From: an uncultured Alphaproteobacteria bacterium | GTDB lineage: Bacteria > Pseudomonadota > Alphaproteobacteria > Reyranellales > Reyranellaceae | Assembly (NCBI GenBank): GCA_963765385.1 | Contig: CAVXWG010000009.1 | Coordinates: forward strand, 81,018-145,017 | DNA length: 64,000 nucleotides | Direction: 5' to 3' | Shown: positions 57,525 through 64,000 of the stretch, in pieces | Layout of the letters: every line of letters begins with the position of its first letter | Position numbering within the stretch: the first letter of the stretch is position 1 | Translations under genes and position numbers: made by a program | Notes under the pieces: generated by a model | The model's input: only the letters and a program-made list of their open reading frames with translations | Database searches by the model: none | Told to the model about the DNA's origin: nothing

Positions 57525-58244
57525 CTATGACCCCGCGATCGCCTCGAGGTGCTCCACCAGCTCCTCGGTGTTGCTGTAGAAGGGCGAGTGGCCGCATTCC
57601 ATGGTGATGACCTTGCACGGCGTCTTCTTCACCATCAGCCGCTGCAGGTTGAGGCGGATCGCGTTGTCGAGCGTGCACTCGATGTACCAGCGCGGCACCG
57701 AGCCGAAGCGATCCTCGGTCAAGGTCACCGGCGTGGTGGAAATGGAAATCGGCTGCGGCCGCAGCCGCTCCATGCCGCGGTAGCGGTCCTCGGGCGAGAC
57801 GTCGGCGTAGAACAGCGCCGGCAGCTTGTCGCGCGCGAAGGTGTAGGTGAGACCGTCGGGACTGACCTGGCGCGACAGGCGGAACATCGTGTCGGGCTCG
57901 AGCGACGTCATGTCCCGGCCGGTCTTGCCCGAGGTCGGCAGCAGGGCGCAGAGATAGACCAGCGCTTTGATCTTGCGCCGCCGCGCCTCGGCGAGCTGGC
58001 TGATGGTGATGCCGCCCAGCGAATGGCCGACCAGAACCACCGGCTCTTCCATCTTGTCGAGGAGCCGCGACAGCTTCTCGACGTTGTCGGCCAGGGTGAC
58101 ATTGGCGGGCGGCGTGTGGTCCTTGCCCAGTCCCGGCAGGTCGGGCGCGCAGACGCGGTGACCGTGGGCTTCCAGCAGCGGCGCCACCTTTTCCCAGCAC
58201 CAGCCGCCGGTGCAGGCGCCATGGACCAGCATGAACGTCGCCAT
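57525..58244 (-). CDS. Alpha/beta hydrolase (methylesterase-like)
   Basis: LVHGACTGGWCW, GHSLGG, GHSPF. Confidence 0.92.
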   Translation of the reverse strand: MATFMLVHGACTGGWCWEKVAPLLEAHGHRVCAPDLPGLGKDHTPPANVTLADNVEKLSRLLDKMEEPVVLVGHSLGGITISQLAEARRRKIKALVYLCALLPTSGKTGRDMTSLEPDTMFRLSRQVSPDGLTYTFARDKLPALFYADVSPEDRYRGMERLRPQPISISTTPVTLTEDRFGSVPRWYIECTLDNAIRLNLQRLMVKKTPCKVITMECGHSPFYSNTEELVEHLEAIAGS

Positions 58245-58252
58245 GCCGGCGT

Positions 58253-59122
58253 CTAGCCCCGGCCGACCACGGTGCGGGCGCCGGGCGCGGGCACGAAGAA
58301 GTCGGGCATCAGCGGCGTGCCGGGCGATACGGCATATTGGTCGAAGTCGGTCACGCCCTCGGCCGTCAGCACCTCGTCGTCGATGAAGAAGTTACCGGTG
58401 CACTCACGCGCCGGCCGGTTGAAGATCGCATAGGCGGCGTCGGCCATGATCTCGGGCTTGCGGCAGCGCTTCATGCCGTCCTCGCCGCCTAAAATATTCT
58501 GGATGGCGGCGGTGGCGATGCCAGTGCGCGGCCACAGGCAGTTAAAGGCGATGCCCCCCTTACCTTGAGCGTCGCCCTTGAACTCGGCCGCCATCGCCCA
58601 GGCGTAGATCGACATGCTGAACTTGGCGAGTGTGTAGGCCGGATGGCCGGCGAACCATTTGACGTCAAAGTCGAGCGGCGGCGAGAGGTTGAGCACGTGT
58701 GGATTCTTGGACTTCACCAGGTGCGGGATGCACTTCTGCGAGACCAGGAAGGTGCCGCGCGCGTTGATCTGGTGCATCAGGTCGTAGCGCTTCATCGGCG
58801 TCGCCAGCGTGCCGGTGAGGCTGATGGCGCTGGCATTGTTGACCAGGATGTCGATGCCGCCGAACTTGGCGACCGTCTCGGCCACGGCCTTGTCGACGCT
58901 CTGCTCGTCGCGGATGTCGCAGGGCAGCGGCAGCGCCTTGCCGCCAGCTTTCTCGATCTCCTCGGCGGCGATGAAGATCGTGCCGGGCAGTCGCGGATCG
59001 GGCTTCACGGTCTTGGCCGCGATGGCGACGTTGGCGCCGTCGCGCGCGGCGCGAAGCGCGATGGCTAAACCGATGCCGCGGCTGGCGCCGGTAACGAACA
59101 GGGTTTTGCTACCCAGGCTCAT
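58253..59122 (-). CDS. SDR family NAD(P)-dependent oxidoreductase (HSDL2/citronellol dehydrogenase-like)
   Basis: TGASRGIG, LPGTI, NNASAI, LSPPL, YTLAK, LWPRT, PEIMADAA. Confidence 0.9.
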   Translation of the reverse strand: MSLGSKTLFVTGASRGIGLAIALRAARDGANVAIAAKTVKPDPRLPGTIFIAAEEIEKAGGKALPLPCDIRDEQSVDKAVAETVAKFGGIDILVNNASAISLTGTLATPMKRYDLMHQINARGTFLVSQKCIPHLVKSKNPHVLNLSPPLDFDVKWFAGHPAYTLAKFSMSIYAWAMAAEFKGDAQGKGGIAFNCLWPRTGIATAAIQNILGGEDGMKRCRKPEIMADAAYAIFNRPARECTGNFFIDDEVLTAEGVTDFDQYAVSPGTPLMPDFFVPAPGARTVVGRG

Positions 59123-59203
59123 GGCGTCCCCAAGAAGACCTCGGGCTCTATAGCCGGCTGTTTGGGAGGCGGCTAGTGTCGCGGAGGCGCAGGGGAGGCA
59201 TGC

Positions 59204-60664
59204 ATGGATCCGTGTTTCGAGACCGCGACTGGGCTTGCACGCGCCATACGAAACGGCAGGCTGAGCTCTGTCGAAGCGACCAAAATGCACCTGGAGCGCA
59301 TCGACCGTCTCAATGCGCCGCTCAATGCCTTGGTGGTGGTCGATCGCGACGGTGCCCTGAAGGCCGCCCGCGCCGCCGATCGCGCGCGGGCGAAGGGCAA
59401 GGGGAGCCGGAAGGACGGCGGGCCGGGGCCGCTCAATGGCGTGCCCATCACCATCAAGGAAGCATTCGACATCAAGGGCCTCGCCACCACGTCGAGCCAC
59501 CCGCCACTCGAGCACAATGTCGCGCGCGAGGATGCGACCCTGGTGGGCCGGCTGCGGACCGCCGGCGCCGTCATTCTGGGCAAGACCAATGTGCCCGAAC
59601 TGTGCGCCGACTTTCAGACCGACAGCCCGCTGTTCGGCACGACAAAGAACGCCTGGGATCACAGTCGGACGGCCGGCGGCTCGACGGGCGGCGGTGCGGT
59701 CGCCGTGGCCGCGCGCCTGTCGCCGCTCGAGATCGGCAGCGACATCGGCGGCTCGGTGCGCAATCCCGCGCACTACAACGGCATCCTTGCGCTGAAACCG
59801 ACCGAATGGCGCGTGCCCGGCCGTGGTCACGTGCCCGATCTGCCGGGCCGGACACGGACCACGCGTTACATGGGCGTGTTCGGCCCGCTGGCGCGCTCGG
59901 TCGAGGATCTCGAGGCGGCGTTGCGCATCATCGCCGGTCCCGACGGCCATGACGCCGAGGTCCCGCCGGTGCCGTTGGGACCAACACCCGCGCTGAAACC
60001 GCGCGACCTCCGCATCGCGGTGCTCGAAAGCAATCCGCTGGTCAAGGTGTCGGCCGACACGGCGACCGTGGTCCAGGCGACGGTGCGGCTGCTCACGAAA
60101 TCCGGTGCCAAGGTGAAGCGGGCCGAGCCGGAGGGGCTCGACTGGCGTCAGGGTTGGGACGACTGGTCCGATCTCTTCCTCTATCAGAACCGCGCCCTGC
60201 AGCCGCTCAGCGAGCGCGAGCCCACCTTCGCCGGGAGCGAGTCATCCGATCCGTCGGCGCGTTCGACAGCGCGGACGGCACGGCTCGACCTCGCGGAATT
60301 CTTCGCCGTCCTCGATCGCCGCGACCGCATCATGCGCCAGTGCGAGACCTTCCTCGACGACTACGATGCCTGGCTGATGCCGGTGATGCCCGACGCCGCG
60401 TTCATCCGCCAGAGTCAGACCGAGCCGCTCAGCATAGATGGCGTCGAGCATCCCTATTTCTTCGCCGGCACGGCCTACAACTTCCTCGCCAACCTGACCG
60501 GCCAGCCCTCGATCGTGCTGCCCTGCGGCTTCTCGCGCGACGGCCTGCCGATCGGCCTGCAGCTCACCGGCAAACGCTGGGGCGACGCCCGGCTGCTGGG
60601 CGTGGCCAAGGTGCTGGAGAAGCTGCTGCCGCCGTGTCCGGTGCCGCCGAGTTACGCGAACTAG
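59204..60664 (+). CDS. Amidase signature family enzyme
   Basis: GVPITIKE, GKTNVPE, GGSTGG, GSDIGGSVRNPA. Confidence 0.95.
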   Translation: MDPCFETATGLARAIRNGRLSSVEATKMHLERIDRLNAPLNALVVVDRDGALKAARAADRARAKGKGSRKDGGPGPLNGVPITIKEAFDIKGLATTSSHPPLEHNVAREDATLVGRLRTAGAVILGKTNVPELCADFQTDSPLFGTTKNAWDHSRTAGGSTGGGAVAVAARLSPLEIGSDIGGSVRNPAHYNGILALKPTEWRVPGRGHVPDLPGRTRTTRYMGVFGPLARSVEDLEAALRIIAGPDGHDAEVPPVPLGPTPALKPRDLRIAVLESNPLVKVSADTATVVQATVRLLTKSGAKVKRAEPEGLDWRQGWDDWSDLFLYQNRALQPLSEREPTFAGSESSDPSARSTARTARLDLAEFFAVLDRRDRIMRQCETFLDDYDAWLMPVMPDAAFIRQSQTEPLSIDGVEHPYFFAGTAYNFLANLTGQPSIVLPCGFSRDGLPIGLQLTGKRWGDARLLGVAKVLEKLLPPCPVPPSYAN

Positions 60665-60668
60665 ACGT

Positions 60669-60819
60669 CCTCCCCCGTCATACGGGGGAGGTGGCCCGCA
60701 GGGTCGGAGGGGGACGGCCCCAAAGGTGTTTTCACCAGTATTGTGATCATGGATGGGACGCGTTGACTGCGGCTTTCCCCCTCCGCCCTTCGGGCGCCTC
60801 CCCCGTATGACGGGGGAGG
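60669..60819. repeat. REPIN/MITE-like element, family A
   Basis: CCTCCCCCGTCATACGGGGGAGGTGG..GGAGGGGG ... CCCCCTCCG..CCTCCCCCGTATGACGGGGGAGG. Confidence 0.88.
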
Positions 60820-60830
60820 CGATGACGCGA

Positions 60831-61802
60831 TCACTCCACCTTGACGTTCGCCTTCTCGATGATCGGCTTCCATTTGGCGAACTCGGCGCGCTGGTAGGCG
60901 TCGAAGGCGGCGGGCTGCATCTGCTCGGGCGTCGGGATGTCCTGGCCGAGATCCTCCAGCTTGCGACGGATCTCGGGGTCCTGCAGCGCTGCGACGGCGG
61001 CGGCGTTCAGCTTGGCGATGATCTCCGGCGGCGTGCCCTTGGGCGCCCATAGCCCGTGCCAGATCGCGACCTCGATGCCGGGGAAGCCCGCTTCGGCCGT
61101 GGTCGGGATATCGGGCGCCGCGGCCGAGCGCTCCTTGGAGGTCACGGCATAGGCTCTGATCTTGCCGGCGCGCACATGCGGCAGGGAGTTCGAGGACTGG
61201 TCGATCATGACCTGGATCTGGTTGGCGATCAGGTCCTGCACGGCCGGGCCGGTGCCACGGTAGGGCACGAGCTGGTAGTTGGTGCCGGTCACGGCATTGA
61301 ACGCCAAGGCGCCGATATGCGAGCCCGAGCCGAGGCCCGCGGTGCCGCCCGAGACCTTGTCGGCATTGGCCTTCAGGTAGGCCACCAGCTCTTTGAGGTC
61401 CTTGGCCGGCACCTGGTTGGACGTCACGACCAACAGCGGGTTGGACGGCAGGCGCGCGATCGGCACGAGGTCGTCCAGCAGGTCGTAATTCAGGTTCTTG
61501 TAGATGATGCCGTTCACCACGTTGGTGCCGAGATGGCCGATGCCGATCGTGTAGCCGTCGGGCGCGGCATGGGCGAGCTTGCCCATGGCGATGCTGCCGG
61601 CGGCGCCCGTGACATTGTCGATGACGATCTGCTGGCCGAGCTCCTTGCTCATGCGCTCGCCCACGATGCGCGCCATGAGGTCGGTCGGACCGCCCGCGGC
61701 GAACGGCACGATCAGGGTGATCGGCTTAGTGGGATAGGCCTGGGCGAAGGCGGGCCCGGCCAGGCCGACGGCGAGCAGGACGAGGGCGGATCGACGCAAC
61801 AT
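60831..61802 (-). CDS. Tripartite tricarboxylate transporter substrate-binding protein (Bug/TctC)
   Basis: YPTKPITLIVPFAAGGPTD, PDGYT, VPYRGTGPA, WHGLWAPKGTP. Confidence 0.95.
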   Translation of the reverse strand: MLRRSALVLLAVGLAGPAFAQAYPTKPITLIVPFAAGGPTDLMARIVGERMSKELGQQIVIDNVTGAAGSIAMGKLAHAAPDGYTIGIGHLGTNVVNGIIYKNLNYDLLDDLVPIARLPSNPLLVVTSNQVPAKDLKELVAYLKANADKVSGGTAGLGSGSHIGALAFNAVTGTNYQLVPYRGTGPAVQDLIANQIQVMIDQSSNSLPHVRAGKIRAYAVTSKERSAAAPDIPTTAEAGFPGIEVAIWHGLWAPKGTPPEIIAKLNAAAVAALQDPEIRRKLEDLGQDIPTPEQMQPAAFDAYQRAEFAKWKPIIEKANVKVE

Positions 61803-61859
61803 TCTTGACGTTCCCCAAGAGCACTCTGTGACTCGGCGGAGCCTAGCGGGCGCGGGCGT

Positions 61860-62687
61860 TCAGCGCCATCGCAGCACCGAACGCTCGATCGTGCCCAGCC
61901 CCCACGAGATCAGCAGGCCCAGGATCGACAGCACGACCACGCCGGCCAGCAGCTGGTCGGTCTGCATCAGGTTGCCGGCGGTGAGCACGAAGGCGCCGAT
62001 GCCGTACTGGGCACCGATCATCTCGGCGGCGACCAGCAGCAGCAGCGCCACCGAGGCGGAGATGCGAAAGCCCGCCAGGATGCCGGGCATGGCGCCGGGC
62101 AGCACGATCTTGGCCACGATGTCGGTGGCGGGCAGGCCGAAGCTCTGGCCCATGCGGATGAGGTTGCGCGGCACCGAATCGCAGGCGCTGTAGGCGGAGA
62201 TCACCGTCGGGAAGAACACGCCCAGGGCGATGGTCGCCACCTTGGAGGGCTCGCCGATGCCGAACCACAGGATGAGGAGGGGCAGCAGCGCGATCTTGGG
62301 AATCGGGAACAGCGCCGACACGATCGGCAGGCCGGCGGCGCGCGCGGCCGAGAAGATGCCCATGGCGAGGCCGGCGGCGAGTCCCGCCGCCGTGCCGATG
62401 ATCCAGCCCGGAATGATGCGGCCGAGCGAAGCGCCGAGATTCTGGGCGAGCGTGCCGTTGGTCCACAATACCTGGAGCGCGTCGATGACAGCGGCCGGGC
62501 TCGGCATGAAAAGCGGCGGCAGTAGGCCCGCGCTCGAGGCTGCCTGCCAGGCCGCGATCAGGACGAGGAACACGATCCACGGCAGCACCCGGCGCGGCAC
62601 CGGCGCGAAGCCGCCGCCGCGGAACGGGACAGGGCGGCGATCACCGTCCTTGGACAGGCTGGTTTTGGGTACGTCCACGCCTGACAT
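61860..62687 (-). CDS. ABC transporter permease (SsuC/TauC/nitrate-sulfonate type)
   Basis: PIPKIALLPLLILWFGIGE, VLPGAMPGI, LVAAEM. Confidence 0.93.
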   Translation of the reverse strand: MSGVDVPKTSLSKDGDRRPVPFRGGGFAPVPRRVLPWIVFLVLIAAWQAASSAGLLPPLFMPSPAAVIDALQVLWTNGTLAQNLGASLGRIIPGWIIGTAAGLAAGLAMGIFSAARAAGLPIVSALFPIPKIALLPLLILWFGIGEPSKVATIALGVFFPTVISAYSACDSVPRNLIRMGQSFGLPATDIVAKIVLPGAMPGILAGFRISASVALLLLVAAEMIGAQYGIGAFVLTAGNLMQTDQLLAGVVVLSILGLLISWGLGTIERSVLRWR

Positions 62688-62791
62688 CTACCGGGATTGT
62701 TCGTCGTTGCAATCGGTGAGATTCGCCGCCGCGCCGGAACTCACGGCCAATGTGCGCGCTGTCACAGAAAATCAGGCGTGGGATTGCCAAG

Positions 62792-63601
62792 ATGACCGGC
62801 ATGCCTGCTCCTCCTCCCAACCCGGCGGCCGAAAAGGCCGCATTCCTGGCGTCCCATGTCTATTCGACGGCGGCTGAAGCCGACCCGAAACGCCGGATCG
62901 ACGAGGCGCTCATGGGCGGCGATTTCGCCAACCGCGCCAAGATCGACATGGACGAAGGGGAGTACCTGAAGCAGCTGATCTACCTCGCCACCGGCGGCAG
63001 GCGCGTCGTCGGGATGGGCGTGAAGGGGCTGCAGTTCTACATGATCAAGGGCGGCGGCGAAGGCTTCCTGCCGCGCCGCTACCGCGGCATGGATGCCAGC
63101 CGAGAGGTCATCGGCGACGGCGCCACGACCGACAACTCCGACGGCGTGGTCATGGTCTTCGACAACAACGACCTGCTCGCGGTGTTCGACGGCGATGGCA
63201 AGCTGCTGGGCTCGGCGCTGCTCCAGCGGCCCATCTCCATCACCGATCCCAGTCCAAAGCATCCGCACATGTGGACGGAAGGCACAGCCAACAGGATCTA
63301 CGACGCCTGGGACGGCAGGCCCGTGACGCTCTATCACAACAAGAACTTCGACATCGAATATTTTGGCCTGATGATCAACGACAAGCTCGGCTGGTACACC
63401 TCGCACAAGGTGATGGTGGATCTGCACAAGCAGGAGGCGACGAACGGCTGCATCTTCATCGTCGATCCCGACACGCCGCCATACTCTGACCCGACGCGCC
63501 TCAACCGCTTCGAGCCGCAGCTCATCCGGGACATCCAGGACCATGTCGGCGCACGGACCAAGTCCAACATCGGCAAGATGAACGTGATCGAGATCAAGTA
63601 G
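62792..63601 (+). CDS. Hypothetical protein
   Basis: 270-aa ORF with strong GC3 bias; C-terminal VDLHKQEATNGCIFI. Confidence 0.8.
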   Translation: MTGMPAPPPNPAAEKAAFLASHVYSTAAEADPKRRIDEALMGGDFANRAKIDMDEGEYLKQLIYLATGGRRVVGMGVKGLQFYMIKGGGEGFLPRRYRGMDASREVIGDGATTDNSDGVVMVFDNNDLLAVFDGDGKLLGSALLQRPISITDPSPKHPHMWTEGTANRIYDAWDGRPVTLYHNKNFDIEYFGLMINDKLGWYTSHKVMVDLHKQEATNGCIFIVDPDTPPYSDPTRLNRFEPQLIRDIQDHVGARTKSNIGKMNVIEIK

Positions 63602-63622
63602 CGCCCCGTCACTGCCCGGCCC

Positions 63623-64000
63623 TTACGGCCGAACGGGCTGGATCTCGCGATCGGCGGTGGCGGCCTCGTCGCGAATCAAGGCCCACAGCCTGCCATGCAC
63701 CTCGCGCAGCAGGCCCGCGTGCTCTGCCCGTCCGCGCTCGGCCACCGGTACGGCGATGCCGATCACGTCGCGGATGCGGCCGGGACGGCGCGACAGCACC
63801 ACGACCCGGTCGGCAAGACGCGCCGCCTCCTCGAGGTTGTGCGTCACGTAGACCCGCGTGCTTTTCTCGCGCGCCCAGATGGCCAAAAGGTCTTCCATCA
63901 GGAGCTCGCGTGTCTGGGCGTCGAGCGCCGACAATGGCTCGTCGAGCAGCAGCACGGCCGGCCGCACGACCAGCGCGCGGGCGATGCCGACCCGCTGGCG
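63623..64000 (-). CDS. ABC transporter ATP-binding protein (SsuB/TauB type), 5' end outside the window
   Basis: [41 protein letters not shown]. Confidence 0.93.
   Translation of the reverse strand, partial: RQRVGIARALVVRPAVLLLDEPLSALDAQTRELLMEDLLAIWAREKSTRVYVTHNLEEAARLADRVVVLSRRPGRIRDVIGIAVPVAERGRAEHAGLLREVHGRLWALIRDEAATADREIQPVRP

Noticed and set aside
2763-60819. Palindromic repeats as a CRISPR array or integron attC sites
   Set aside because: They are dispersed single copies, not tandem repeat-spacer units; no cas or integrase genes are present

Overview
High-GC alphaproteobacterial chromosomal segment. Gene content and intergenic repeat styles look Reyranella/Rhizobiales-like, which is an inference only. 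It holds about 55 mostly metabolic genes: cysQ, mtnN, mtnP, several SDRs, flavin monooxygenases, a molybdopterin oxidoreductase, acyl-CoA enzymes, an NdvB-like GH17+GT2 glucan synthase, IorA/IorB, a GMC oxidoreductase, an RND pump, an amidase, and TTT and ABC transport genes. I saw no rRNA, tRNA, CRISPR array or transposase. At least 11 single-base frameshifts fall in otherwise intact genes and are most likely assembly indels. Five families of REP/REPIN-like intergenic palindromes are present. The most unusual regions are: (i) a 10.1-15.9 kb island with a decayed TPR gene, a receiver/PIG-L deacetylase fusion, an ATP-grasp enzyme, a histidine phosphatase and a large alpha/alpha-barrel protein; (ii) a 26.4-30.9 kb GntR-associated locus with a CADD/PqqC-like diiron oxidase, a GlcG protein, DUF1989, a shortened Rieske protein and a CmcJ/NvfI oxidoreductase; (iii) an orphan gene with an L,D-transpeptidase-like His/Cys motif lying antisense inside an ABC operon. 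All family assignments come from reading motifs by eye; no database search was run.
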